Virus record (IMG/VR): IMGVR_UViG_3300032053_000007
Strand: one strand, 5' to 3'
Origin: a virus
Taxonomy: Duplodnaviria; Heunggongvirae; Uroviricota; Caudoviricetes
Length of the DNA stretch: 64,000 nucleotides
In this document: positions 9,175-18,210 of the stretch, one piece after another
How the letters are laid out: every line of letters begins with the position of its first letter
How positions within the stretch are numbered: the first letter of the stretch is position 1
Position numbers and translations under genes: made by a program
The notes under the pieces: model-generated
What the model saw: the letters and a program-made list of their open reading frames with translations, nothing else
The model's database searches: none
Told to the model about the DNA's origin: nothing

Positions 9175-9596
9175 ACTGGCTTAAAAAAGCTAAAAAGAGT
9201 CTTAAAGAAAAATATAACCCCGATACACAGATAGATAAATGTGAATTGTGCGTATGTTGCTTCAAGAAATATAGAGAAGAATATGCCGTGGATTTTAACG
9301 ATGTATTTTTGAGGGCTTCTAATCTCGATAGTCGTATTAGTGGGGAATATTCACCTTATTACAACCTTATTAGGTTGAACAAAATGTATTTGAAACGTTT
9401 GTTCCAATTGAAAACCGTTGATGATGTAATTAGCCACGAGTTGGAACATGCATTAATTTATCGAATAATGCGGCGATTTGGTTTTTCAGAAGAAGTAAGC
9501 GATATTGGTTCTCTCTGTGTTTCCAAACCGTCACAATTTGATTTAAAAGATTTACGAGAGAAACTACATAAAAGGAAGCCAAAAAAATATGCCTGA
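9171..9596 (+). CDS. small HExxH metallopeptidase-motif protein
   Basis: VISHELEHALIY. Confidence 0.4.
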   Translation: MNWLKKAKKSLKEKYNPDTQIDKCELCVCCFKKYREEYAVDFNDVFLRASNLDSRISGEYSPYYNLIRLNKMYLKRLFQLKTVDDVISHELEHALIYRIMRRFGFSEEVSDIGSLCVSKPSQFDLKDLREKLHKRKPKKYA

Positions 9597-10266
9597 TGAA
9601 GAGAAAAGAAAAGAAATAAGACACCCAAGTTTTGGTGTAATAAATATCTCTAGGGGCGTTTGCTCAGAGAAAATGAATTTGTTTGGAAGCAGTATCCAGC
9701 AGAGAACATTCATCAGAGTAGATATTAGCAAAGCTATTCTTATGAGGGACCTTTACAAAGATTGGATTATGTCGGACCACGGCGTACCGATAGTATCCGT
9801 TTATCTTTCGCCGTCACAGTTTGCAGATGCTATAACATCTTTGAATCAGGGTGAAGGAACCCCATGCACAATACGTTACATGGATGGACATGAAGTAAAA
9901 GAGGCACAATTTGAAAGTAAACGTGTGCAGTTCGATACCGAATTCGAAGATAAGATGAAGGAAGTCGCATCGACTACTAACCAATTTTACACCAAGATTG
10001 CTGGGATACTAGCGAAGCCGAGCATAGGAAAACATGATAGGGAAGAAATTCAAAAGCAACTCGACCAGTTAAAGATGCAGATAGAAAATAATGTTCCTTT
10101 TATAAAAAGACAATTCTCAGAACAGATGGATGAAACTGTAGTCGAAGCAAAGAATGAAGTTACCGCATTCATAGAAGACAAAATAAAGAAGTTGGGCTTA
10201 GAGGGATACAAAAAGGAACTACAGAAATCTTTAGAATTCAAGGAAGAAAAGAAGGAAGAACCATGA
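9589..10266 (+). CDS. hypothetical protein (225 aa)
   Basis: Track ORF. Confidence 0.5.
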   Translation: MPDEEKRKEIRHPSFGVINISRGVCSEKMNLFGSSIQQRTFIRVDISKAILMRDLYKDWIMSDHGVPIVSVYLSPSQFADAITSLNQGEGTPCTIRYMDGHEVKEAQFESKRVQFDTEFEDKMKEVASTTNQFYTKIAGILAKPSIGKHDREEIQKQLDQLKMQIENNVPFIKRQFSEQMDETVVEAKNEVTAFIEDKIKKLGLEGYKKELQKSLEFKEEKKEEP

Positions 10267-10430
10267 ACTTTAACGAAGCCAGATGGAAAATTCAAGTGGA
10301 CATAATGTTTTTCCTAGATAGAAAAAATATTCCAATGGCTCTTGAAATTAGTCTATGGCTTACAACCCCGATAACTCTTTGGTACTGGATTATAGGAACA
10401 TTCGTCAAATTGGGGATTCTCGATTTATGA
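10263..10430 (+). CDS. small membrane protein (55 aa)
   Basis: ATGA overlaps at both ends; hydrophobic LWLTTPITLWYWIIG. Confidence 0.35.
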   Translation: MNFNEARWKIQVDIMFFLDRKNIPMALEISLWLTTPITLWYWIIGTFVKLGILDL

Positions 10431-10615
10431 CCGAGGAAGTTAAACTTCTTAAATGCCCCAAATGTGGTGAATTGCTTATTCGGGTTAATGAAGAGAAGGA
10501 ACGTCAGCGTGTCGATTGCAAATGGATGTGTATTAACCAAGATTGTAGAAAAGGTTTAGAGTTTCCTGTCTATTATGGTTATACACAAAAAGATATTGAC
10601 AATCAGGTGAAATAA
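10427..10615 (+). CDS. Zn-ribbon protein
   Basis: CPKCGE...CINQDC (track ORF 10355-10615). Confidence 0.45.
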   Translation: MTEEVKLLKCPKCGELLIRVNEEKERQRVDCKWMCINQDCRKGLEFPVYYGYTQKDIDNQVK

Positions 10616-10746
10616 TGGTTGCTATTAAATCTTGTGACCATTGTGGAAACGATGTTCTCGTTCAAGAAGTTCATCTTTACTGGAACGGCACTTCAATGTC
10701 ATGGATATGTGAAGTGTGTTGGAATAAATGTGGTAGTAAAAATTGA
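10615..10746 (+). CDS. small Zn-ribbon protein (43 aa)
   Basis: CDHCGN...CEVC; TAATG overlap. Confidence 0.3.
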   Translation: MVAIKSCDHCGNDVLVQEVHLYWNGTSMSWICEVCWNKCGSKN

Positions 10747-10754
10747 ATGAAACA

Positions 10755-10922
10755 ATGAAACAATGGGTTAAGTCGTCTGGTAAAAAATGTAAAAGTTGTA
10801 AAAGAGAATTAACAGAAATCGAAGCGGCATATTGTGAGAATTTGCATACCTGTGCATACTATTGTATTAACTGTCTTTCAAAGAAGTATTATCTAATGCC
10901 AAAATTGCATGAGGACGATTGA
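10755..10922 (+). CDS. small Zn-ribbon protein (55 aa)
   Basis: CKSC...CINC. Confidence 0.3.
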   Translation: MKQWVKSSGKKCKSCKRELTEIEAAYCENLHTCAYYCINCLSKKYYLMPKLHEDD

Positions 10923-10935
10923 TATGTTCGAAATT

Positions 10936-10985
10936 TTGAGCATGGGCGTTCTACCACAAAGTTTATAAGGAATGAATGCGTATTA
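10936..10985 (+). promoter_or_regulatory. conserved promoter module
   Basis: TTGAGCATGGGCGTTCTACCACAAAG-TTTATAAG-GAATG. Confidence 0.5.
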
Positions 10986-11008
10986 GTGTGTAGATAGGTG
11001 AAACAGTA

Positions 11009-11404
11009 ATGTTTGAAATCTGGAAAGACCATTTGGCAACTTGTAACATCTTAGAATCTATGACTCCCGAAGGATGGATAATCGTAGATGTTAGAGATAT
11101 AAAGGATGGAACTGGCAACGATATTGAAGCTATAAAAACCAAAATACAAATCATAGCTAACCTTCTTTCTGTCGGGCAAAAAGTTGTAGTTAGATGTTGC
11201 GGCGGAATATCTCGGTCAAATACTATCGCATGTGCCGTAATGGTATTTATGCTTAATATTGACGGCAGAGATTTCGCTTATCATTGGGCAAAAGTTCGAA
11301 AAGCATGTCCACGGGCACTTATAAATATGGGATTCTTTGATGAAGTAAAGAAAGCCTTAGAAGAATTAGGCGTTGAAGAGAAACGGTTATTCTATGATAC
11401 CTAA
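11009..11404 (+). CDS. dual-specificity/tyrosine protein phosphatase (CX5R)
   Basis: VVVRCCGGISRSNTIACAVMVF active-site loop. Confidence 0.6.
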   Translation: MFEIWKDHLATCNILESMTPEGWIIVDVRDIKDGTGNDIEAIKTKIQIIANLLSVGQKVVVRCCGGISRSNTIACAVMVFMLNIDGRDFAYHWAKVRKACPRALINMGFFDEVKKALEELGVEEKRLFYDT

Positions 11405-11651
11405 AAAGAAAGTATGGTTAGTCTGGGAATTTCAAATAGTAACTATAGAAACTGCTAAAGTTCAGTTACAGAGTCTTAGAGTTATCGCTGATACGGAAGA
11501 GAAAGGCGTTATCTATAAAGCCATATTTGAAAGAGAGAAACAATGGAAGTTTACTAAAGATGAATTATGGTTTGAACTTGAGGAAAGAGAGGTTAATCAT
11601 ATGTTCGGAATAGAAGACTTGAACAGATATGTGAGTAGAAATAGAATATGA
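11373..11651 (+). CDS. hypothetical protein (92 aa)
   Basis: Track ORF. Confidence 0.4.
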   Translation: MKRNGYSMIPKKKVWLVWEFQIVTIETAKVQLQSLRVIADTEEKGVIYKAIFEREKQWKFTKDELWFELEEREVNHMFGIEDLNRYVSRNRI

Positions 11652-12304
11652 ACAAACTTATTTGCTTAATGCCAGTTTACAACTCGGCTGATGTAGTTCT
11701 AGAAGCCTTAAAATCTATAGACGGCAAAGTTGATGAGATATTTTGTCTTGACGGGCGATGGATTGGTACGAGTGGTTTAGACCATTCAACTGATGAAACA
11801 CAGGAAATAATTTTGAATTTTTCTGAACATTCAAAATCTCGTGTTTGTTACACAAGATTACGACCTATGCATCAATGGGAAGCTAGGACAGAATCATTAA
11901 AATTTTGTGGTGATGGAGATTGGGCAATTTTTCTCGACTCAGATGAGATAATAATCATGTGGGGCGATAATGTTCGTAAAACGCTTGAAATATCAAATGA
12001 GAAAGTATATCGTATTTATTGGAAATTTTATAAACCTCATACGGCACTTCTAAGATATGGACTTGTTAAAAAGACAGAAACAATACATTGGTCAACAGAC
12101 CATAGGAGAATATTTGATAAAGATGGTGAATTAGATATAGTACATGCTCCAATAATCAATATTGTATTTGACCATCAAAAAATAGCCGACATAAAGAAGA
12201 TGCGTAAACGAGAGGAAGAATACAAACATTGGCTTCACGAATATGAAACTACACATTGGAATTTAGAAGATGGTCCAGACCCCAATCAAATTGATTTGGG
12301 ATAA
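11648..12304 (+). CDS. GT2-like glycosyltransferase
   Basis: LMPVYNSADVV and DxD AIFLDSDEII. Confidence 0.5.
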   Translation: MNKLICLMPVYNSADVVLEALKSIDGKVDEIFCLDGRWIGTSGLDHSTDETQEIILNFSEHSKSRVCYTRLRPMHQWEARTESLKFCGDGDWAIFLDSDEIIIMWGDNVRKTLEISNEKVYRIYWKFYKPHTALLRYGLVKKTETIHWSTDHRRIFDKDGELDIVHAPIINIVFDHQKIADIKKMRKREEEYKHWLHEYETTHWNLEDGPDPNQIDLG

Positions 12305-12555
12305 TCAAGATAGGAATTAGGTGGGTAATAAATTTTCCCATCAAAACATGGTATTTCTTTATAGTTCAATTCTTTACAACAAAAGTACCGATGATGACCA
12401 TTCAGAATTATGGCTTTTCCATCTTCACGAAACATTACTCGCAAAGGCTCTTTTAATCCATTAACTCGAATATCTTCAAGTAATACCTTCTCAACTTTGG
12501 GATTTCCTCTTGGAATTATTTTGTCTATGGGAACCATAATTATAGGGATTTTCAA
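12286..12555 (-). CDS. ParB/Srx-like nuclease domain protein
   Basis: AIILNGHHRYFCCKELNYKEIPC; TTG start in TTGA overlap. Confidence 0.5.
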   Translation of the reverse strand: MKIPIIMVPIDKIIPRGNPKVEKVLLEDIRVNGLKEPLRVMFREDGKAIILNGHHRYFCCKELNYKEIPCFDGKIYYPPNSYLDYPKSI

Positions 12556-12671
12556 GTGAACTGCACCTTAGTTTTTTCTTTTATATGTTTACAATTCTCA
12601 CAGAGCCATCGTGTCGTCTTTGGCTTCTTGTATAATACTTGAACATCTTTGCCACACCCATCGCAAATCAA
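12552..12671 (-). CDS. small Zn-ribbon protein (39 aa, ...TKVQFT)
   Basis: Minus-strand junction motif at both ends. Confidence 0.4.
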   Translation of the reverse strand: MICDGCGKDVQVLYKKPKTTRWLCENCKHIKEKTKVQFT

Positions 12672-12850
12672 GTGAACTCGACCTTCTCTCCAAGTTCTCT
12701 ATAACCACATTCTTTAATTTGACCTTTACTTTTACAAGTGCATTTTTTACAAAGACAAACAGAAAGTCCTTTTGACACACTTTCCTCACACACTATATCA
12801 CCTTTACAGAAAAATTCTTTTCCACAATCAACACATTTCATTTTTATCAA
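12668..12850 (-). CDS. Zn-ribbon protein, CxxCxxxFxC family (...KVEFT)
   Basis: MIKMKCVDCGKEFFCKG...CKKCTC; paralog of 35184. Confidence 0.5.
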   Translation of the reverse strand: MIKMKCVDCGKEFFCKGDIVCEESVSKGLSVCLCKKCTCKSKGQIKECGYRELGEKVEFT

Positions 12851-12903
12851 TCGAACTGCACCTTTACCCTCTCATCTTCTTTTTTCGGAAATTTAGGTTT
12901 CAT
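12847..12903 (-). CDS. 18-aa leader mini-ORF MKPKFPKKEDERVKVQFD
   Basis: Consists almost only of the junction motif; TGA/TTG overlap with 12668-12850. Confidence 0.3.
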   Translation of the reverse strand: MKPKFPKKEDERVKVQFD

Positions 12904-13036
12904 TTTGTCGGCTGGAAGTAGAACAATGTTGTAATAGTCATCCCAACGATAGTTGCACATGGTAATCAATAGAACAATAACCATAAGACTTATATATACC
13001 TTTCTCCTTCTATATACAGATTGTGTAGTGATAAGC

Positions 13037-13201
13037 ATGGCAAAGCCATTTATTCCTTTGACAAAAGAGGAACAACAGGCTAGAGCCACTAGGATAGCAC
13101 AACGGGTTTGTACTTCATGCCGTTACGACTACGAAACTGGATGCAAAAAATGTATCTGGTATTTCATAATGAATGGAATGATAGGAGAGGAAGAATTTTG
13201 A
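13037..13201 (+). CDS. small Zn-binding protein
   Basis: CTSC...CKKC (track ORF 12953-13201). Confidence 0.4.
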   Translation: MAKPFIPLTKEEQQARATRIAQRVCTSCRYDYETGCKKCIWYFIMNGMIGEEEF

Positions 13202-13274
13202 GCGAGGAAGAATTAGAAGACGGTTCATTATTCTGGCAAGCATATCTTACTGACAATTGGGTGTTTAATCCTTC

Positions 13275-13481
13275 ATGAATCCCCTCAAGAAACTCTGGAA
13301 TCTTTTCATTACTCTACAGCTTTCTCTAATGTGGTGGCTTCTAACGGCTGTGATTCTTTTCAATTACTTTGGGTTTCTGGGATTGGTATGGGCGTTTTTT
13401 ATCATGTATTATGCCCGATACGCTAAACGAGAAGACCTCAAAAAGATGAGAGAAACCGCAAGGTTTATTAGTGACCGATAG
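13275..13481 (+). CDS. small membrane protein
   Basis: Two hydrophobic helices. Confidence 0.45.
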   Translation: MNPLKKLWNLFITLQLSLMWWLLTAVILFNYFGFLGLVWAFFIMYYARYAKREDLKKMRETARFISDR

Positions 13482-13494
13482 ATACATTCTATAG

Positions 13495-14250
13495 ATGACT
13501 AATATGGCAAAATATATGATATGTATTTGCGGTTGGGTAAGTGAAGAATATCCAGATAATTGGATGCCTATAGGTTTAGGCGGAGTATTGGACTGTCCAA
13601 TATGTCATGCTCAACAACGAAATGCTACACTTGAAATGTGTTACGGTCACGTTTCTGTAGTTACCTTAAAGGAACTCAAAATGATTAGAGAATTTGAAGC
13701 AAGAGATATTCCGTGGGAAAAAGCAATATCGTTGTATCATGAAATAAAAATATGGGAAGGAGCTAGTGTGGAAAACTTGGCTAAAACTTATGAAAAACTT
13801 GAAACCAAATCTATTCATTGTCATCTTGCGTGGTTTGGTAGCGAGTTGGTTTGCAAAGAATGTAACCCAGTTTGCTATAAGAATCACCAGATGGGCAACC
13901 CAAATCATCTCAAATGGTGTGGCGAAGAGAAGTGTCCGATAAATCCCGAAAGATTCAAGAAACCAACATTTCCAGTAACATATAACCAAGAATTAGCTGA
14001 CTATCTAAGTTCTCCGCGAGAAGGTGTTTCTCCTAGAGAAAAAAAGGAAATAAAAAAGGGATTAGACGCATTAAAGACAGAAGAGGCTAAACCATTTGTT
14101 CCTGTAATACGTTCTCGAAGTGATGAATGCTGGGAAGAAGAGGAAGAACTGGAAGCAAAAGAGGATGCTATTCGAATGTCAAAGCGCAAGTCAATTCGCA
14201 AGGGTGGAAAATATAAAGAGCGAGGCAAGGAAAAACGGCGTGAACCATGA
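13495..14250 (+). CDS. Cys/His-rich protein with charged KE-rich tail (251 aa)
   Basis: Track ORF. Confidence 0.5.
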   Translation: MTNMAKYMICICGWVSEEYPDNWMPIGLGGVLDCPICHAQQRNATLEMCYGHVSVVTLKELKMIREFEARDIPWEKAISLYHEIKIWEGASVENLAKTYEKLETKSIHCHLAWFGSELVCKECNPVCYKNHQMGNPNHLKWCGEEKCPINPERFKKPTFPVTYNQELADYLSSPREGVSPREKKEIKKGLDALKTEEAKPFVPVIRSRSDECWEEEEELEAKEDAIRMSKRKSIRKGGKYKERGKEKRREP

Positions 14251-14411
14251 GTGATTGTAATAGATGTCCATATTGTGGTTCTGTTCCTATTCATGACCCA
14301 ATAATGTGTATAAATAAGTGCCCCCATTGTGGACGAATATGGTCTGATATTTACGCTGAGAATTATCTTTCAGATTTTTGGAACCGACCAGTAAAGGTAC
14401 AATTCGACTAA
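14247..14411 (+). CDS. small Zn-ribbon protein (54 aa, ...PVKVQFD)
   Basis: ATGA overlap; CNRCPYCG...CPHCG. Confidence 0.4.
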   Translation: MSDCNRCPYCGSVPIHDPIMCINKCPHCGRIWSDIYAENYLSDFWNRPVKVQFD

Positions 14412-14454
14412 CCGTAAAGTTTATATACTTCTTTTAATACAGTATCTCTTAGAC

Positions 14455-14770
14455 ACGGGTAATTGTTCACAACTTACATAGATGGACATGCCCCATGTTA
14501 GGACCTTTCGGGTACACGATTGGCGACAACATGATTGGTCGGACAACGAACAAGACCTATAGGAGTTGGGTGAACCCGCCAGCAATGCATTGGGGGTGGC
14601 GAAACCCTGACAAAACCGTGTCATGACCGAAGACCCACGGTGGGAGCGAAACGTACACTATGATATACGGATTGGCAGAACGGCTCGCCGTGATAGCTAT
14701 GGGGTCGGGTGTACTTTACCCGTCCCCACATTCTATTTCCATAACCTTTAAATACCCGTTTTTCTTCTCA
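14455..14770 (+). ncRNA. candidate structured ncRNA (GC-rich, ORF-free, own BRE/TATA at 14413-14427, 3' hairpin plus T-tract)
   Basis: GC-rich island in an AT-rich genome; hairpin 14702-14727; T-rich 14756-14770. Confidence 0.3.
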
Positions 14771-14785
14771 TTCTAATGGATAGCA

Positions 14786-15229
14786 ATGGCTAGAATAAAG
14801 AAAAACATCAAAGGTATTCCGTTATTTTTATACGACTTTTTACAAATTTCCTTGTCAGCCTTCAAAGATTATTATCTAAAATTGAAGGTTTCTATAACAG
14901 GAGAAAATTATATTGGTCGTTATGTGGGAATCATTAGTTCATCTGAAAGACGACTTAGTTTTGAGAAATGCATAGCTGGTGGCTATACGGGGTATGTTCA
15001 GATAAAACTTTTCTCAAATCCAGATTGTGATGATTATGAAGAATGTGCAGAAGAAATTCTCAATCATGAAATACTTCATCAAGTGCTTGACAAAGTTGTG
15101 GGGCATGAAGCCAAAATGGGATTAGATAATATTCACAAGTCTTTCTATGTTCTCGATTGCAATGATAATAAGTGGCGGTTTGTGATAAAATTCATTAGCA
15201 AGAAAAAAGGGAATGTAGCCATTATCTGA
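14786..15229 (+). CDS. small HExxH motif protein
   Basis: ILNHEILHQVLDKVVGHE. Confidence 0.45.
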   Translation: MARIKKNIKGIPLFLYDFLQISLSAFKDYYLKLKVSITGENYIGRYVGIISSSERRLSFEKCIAGGYTGYVQIKLFSNPDCDDYEECAEEILNHEILHQVLDKVVGHEAKMGLDNIHKSFYVLDCNDNKWRFVIKFISKKKGNVAII

Positions 15230-15292
15230 GGTAAACAAAAACCTATAAGATGAACCGAAAGATTTATATATTAGTTAGAAGTATATAAGTTT

Positions 15293-15679
15293 GTGATTTC
15301 AATGTCATTAAAAGATAGAAAACAAAAAAGACAATATATGAAAGATTATTGGATAACTCATCCAGAGAAATATGCGGACCAAAAGAAATCCATGACAAAA
15401 TTTCATAGAAAACAAAGACAATCGTTGAGAGTTGAGATTATTCAACTGCTCGGTAGCAAGTGTTCTAATACAGATTGTCCTATTCCACCTGAAAAGATGG
15501 ATATTAGATGTTTGCAAATAGACCATATAAATGGAAACGGAAATAAAGAACGAAGTCAATTTAGCAATTATAACCAATGGTTGAAATTTATCTTACCAAA
15601 AATACAAGTTGGTTCTAAAGATTATCAACTTCTTTGTGCATATTGTAATTGGATAAAACGTTATACTGAAAAATCCTAG
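15293..15679 (+). CDS. HNH endonuclease
   Basis: CSNTDC...QIDHINGNG...N...LLCAYCNWIKR. Confidence 0.55.
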   Translation: MISMSLKDRKQKRQYMKDYWITHPEKYADQKKSMTKFHRKQRQSLRVEIIQLLGSKCSNTDCPIPPEKMDIRCLQIDHINGNGNKERSQFSNYNQWLKFILPKIQVGSKDYQLLCAYCNWIKRYTEKS

Positions 15680-15845
15680 TATAAAAACCTATCGCAAGAT
15701 GTAAATAGGCGTTATACGTGAATTCTTTTAATCATATGATTAAACTTTCAAAATGTGCGATTGGGCAAAAAGCGATTTCAAATCTTAACACCGTGGCTCT
15801 GCTCCGCACCATATGTTCAAACCGACTTATAAATGTTGCGGAAAT

Positions 15846-15885
15846 TGAGTATGGAGTTTCTAGCGCAAGGTTTATAAGGGACGAA
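15846..15885 (+). promoter_or_regulatory. conserved promoter module driving array 1
   Basis: TTGAGTATGGAGTTTCTAGCGCAAGG-TTTATAAG-GGACG. Confidence 0.55.
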
Positions 15886-15910
15886 AGACATTATTATTCC
15901 CAGATGGAAA

Positions 15911-16153
15911 ATGAGCGACAATCGTAAAACCCCATTCGGAAAACTCAACAGACGAGCAGAGCAAATTGCTGGTGATATTGATACAAAGAAGTTGGAAGAC
16001 GAGATTGGTGAGGCATTAGCAGATGCATGGCAAGCTGGCTATGACGAAGGATGCGGTACAGCACATGATGAGGGTTATCAGGAAGGAAAGGCAGAGGGCA
16101 TAAGGGAAGCCGAAGAGAAGTTTAAAGCCAAAGAGAAAGTGACGTTCACATGA
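15911..16153 (+). CDS. acidic small protein (...EKVTFT)
   Basis: Junction motif; ATGA. Confidence 0.5.
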   Translation: MSDNRKTPFGKLNRRAEQIAGDIDTKKLEDEIGEALADAWQAGYDEGCGTAHDEGYQEGKAEGIREAEEKFKAKEKVTFT

Positions 16154-16287
16154 TGAAGCCACCGAAAGAATGTTTTGTTTGTAGAGGAATTGGTTACGTG
16201 ATAGAAAGAAATCCAGACCCAAAAGGAGATAGATGGATTAGAGTTATGTGTAGAAGATGTAAAGGAGCGGGGTTTCTGAGAGAATGA
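16150..16287 (+). CDS. Zn-ribbon mini-protein (45 aa)
   Basis: CFVC...CRRC; ATGA at both ends. Confidence 0.45.
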   Translation: MMKPPKECFVCRGIGYVIERNPDPKGDRWIRVMCRRCKGAGFLRE

Positions 16288-16502
16288 TTCATTGTGAATG
16301 GAGAGGGTGTTCTAAGAAATCGGAATATGTTATCAATTGGAAAAACGAGCCTAGACCAATAATCATTGAACCTTTTGCGGACCATAACTTTCTTTGTGGA
16401 ACACACTTCAAAAAATTACAGCATGATTTTCCTGAGACAAAACAGAAACCTATAGAAATCTATGAACTTACAGACCCAGTTATAAAGGTGACATTTACTT
16501 GA
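16284..16502 (+). CDS. small C/H-rich protein (...KVTFT)
   Basis: Junction motif; TTGA. Confidence 0.5.
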   Translation: MIHCEWRGCSKKSEYVINWKNEPRPIIIEPFADHNFLCGTHFKKLQHDFPETKQKPIEIYELTDPVIKVTFT

Positions 16503-16735
16503 ACTTTGACAAAATAAGGGCTGGCGACATTGTAATGTTCGAGCGAGAAGGAAAAATGCTTCATGGCAGAGTGTCAGCTAAAGGTTATCGTTATGTTGTT
16601 AGACCATTTGTGAATACTGATGAGCCAATTCTTTTCATTAGAGTGATTGAACATCCAGAATGGAAGGAAATAACTTTGTCTAGTAAAGAAGTAAAAAATA
16701 TTATCACAATAGGAGAAGTAGTGCATTTCACATGA
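16499..16735 (+). CDS. small protein (...VVHFT)
   Basis: TTG start; junction motif. Confidence 0.5.
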   Translation: MNFDKIRAGDIVMFEREGKMLHGRVSAKGYRYVVRPFVNTDEPILFIRVIEHPEWKEITLSSKEVKNIITIGEVVHFT

Positions 16736-16833
16736 ACAGAAAAGATATAGACTATCCTCTCATCTTTAGACGACTTCGCTGGTTTAAACGACTTGCTAAA
16801 GAATATCAGAAAGAAAAGGTGCAGTTCACATGA
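16732..16833 (+). CDS. 33-aa mini-protein (...EKVQFT)
   Basis: ATGA at both ends. Confidence 0.4.
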   Translation: MNRKDIDYPLIFRRLRWFKRLAKEYQKEKVQFT

Positions 16834-17102
16834 CAATCATACTTAAAAAGAACTTCAAGAAATGTCCTATGTGCGGCTCACGAAATTTAGCCCCTCATCT
16901 TCATAGCCAACATACTGAAAAGGAAGTACCGTGGGTTCGTTGCGAAGATTGTACGGCAATGTTTGTTAGAAGTTGTTCAAGTAATTCCCCAACAGAATCT
17001 ATTGTTATTTGGAATCGTAGAGGAAATGGCACTAAAATTGAGCCTGAAAGCACTAGCGTCTTTGTAACGCCAGAAGACCCAGAGGTTGTGCATTTTACAT
17101 GA
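16830..17102 (+). CDS. Zn-ribbon protein (...VVHFT); paralog of 19202
   Basis: CPMCGSRN...CEDC. Confidence 0.55.
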   Translation: MTIILKKNFKKCPMCGSRNLAPHLHSQHTEKEVPWVRCEDCTAMFVRSCSSNSPTESIVIWNRRGNGTKIEPESTSVFVTPEDPEVVHFT

Positions 17103-17347
17103 TTGGGTCAACTATTGCTAATATAAGAAAAGACGGACACACTAGATGTGTAGCAATGCATGGTCGGAGTGACCAATGCCCAAAAGAGGCAGAATTCTTA
17201 CTTTACTATAAAATACAAGGAAGAGTTAATGTTGAACCGTTTTGCGAAGATGACGCATATGAATTCTCAATGTATTTCTCGAATTATCTAGGGCTAAAAG
17301 TAATAATCGAAGAGATGAGACTTAAAGAGAGGGTACAATTTACATGA
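17099..17347 (+). CDS. small protein (...RVQFT); paralog of 18682
   Basis: Shared AYEFSMYFSNYLGLKV segment. Confidence 0.55.
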   Translation: MIGSTIANIRKDGHTRCVAMHGRSDQCPKEAEFLLYYKIQGRVNVEPFCEDDAYEFSMYFSNYLGLKVIIEEMRLKERVQFT

Positions 17348-17595
17348 TGAAGAGACCATGTGACAAGTGCAATAATATGTCTGATGCGTTAGTAAGAGTA
17401 CATCCAATTGATAAAAATGGACAAAATTTGGAAACTGTTTATCTTTGCCCAAATTGTCGTGCGGCGTGGGGAAAAGTTTATGATAAGGAAGTAAAGAATG
17501 TTGATTCTATTAAATTCCAAAGTGCGTGGACTAATTCTTGGGAAAACTTTATGAGTGGGAAATATGAAGAACGAGAAGTGGTGCAGTTTACATGA
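17344..17595 (+). CDS. Zn-ribbon protein (...VVQFT)
   Basis: CDKC...CPNC. Confidence 0.55.
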   Translation: MMKRPCDKCNNMSDALVRVHPIDKNGQNLETVYLCPNCRAAWGKVYDKEVKNVDSIKFQSAWTNSWENFMSGKYEEREVVQFT

Positions 17596-17774
17596 GTGCT
17601 GAACCAGTTCTTTTAACGCATCCTTCTAAACTGAACGTTAAATGGAGTATTTCGGGATGCACAGTACATAATTCGCTTAACAAAGAATATTGCATAAAAT
17701 CTTGCAGAATAAGAGAACATTGTACGGTTTATGTGTCAATTATGAATGAACGGGAGAAGGTTCAATTCACATGA
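17592..17774 (+). CDS. small Cys-containing protein (...KVQFT)
   Basis: Junction motif. Confidence 0.5.
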   Translation: MSAEPVLLTHPSKLNVKWSISGCTVHNSLNKEYCIKSCRIREHCTVYVSIMNEREKVQFT

Positions 17775-17998
17775 AACAACTCAAAGTTTTGCATTATGAT
17801 AAAGATTGTGGTTTGGTTCGTTTGACTACGCGAGAACATAGGTCTATACATTCTAATATTTGTTTCGGTTGTGGATATAATGGAGCAATAAAATGGAATT
17901 CTTATAACAAAGTTGTTCAATGTCACAATTGCGGACAGATAATAGCTAAACCAGAAAGTCATCCAGAATTAGAACGAGAGGTAGTGCAATTTACATGA
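17771..17998 (+). CDS. Zn-ribbon protein (...VVQFT)
   Basis: CFGCGY...CHNCGQ. Confidence 0.55.
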   Translation: MKQLKVLHYDKDCGLVRLTTREHRSIHSNICFGCGYNGAIKWNSYNKVVQCHNCGQIIAKPESHPELEREVVQFT

Positions 17999-18210
17999 CT
18001 GAACTACTAATTATTGGAATGATAAGTACAATTTGTGGTCTAATTATTGCAATGGTATTAGAGGCAAAAAGACAAAAACGCAAAATGATAAAAAGAGTAA
18101 GAATATATATCAAAGACCGTAATAAAACTTTACGTCTTTCAAAATGGAAAAGAATTGCTACTGAATGGAGAGAAGAATTAAAGAGACCTGTAAAGGTGAA
18201 GTTTACATGA
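17995..18210 (+). CDS. small membrane protein (...VKVKFT)
   Basis: N-terminal TM helix. Confidence 0.5.
   Translation: MTELLIIGMISTICGLIIAMVLEAKRQKRKMIKRVRIYIKDRNKTLRLSKWKRIATEWREELKRPVKVKFT

Noticed and set aside
14421-14624. Minus-strand ORF 14421-14624 (67 aa) and a possible tRNA in the GC-rich island
   Set aside because: The ORF is low complexity with no start context. No acceptor, D or T-arm cloverleaf with the right spacing could be found by eye, so the region is called only as a generic structured ncRNA candidate.
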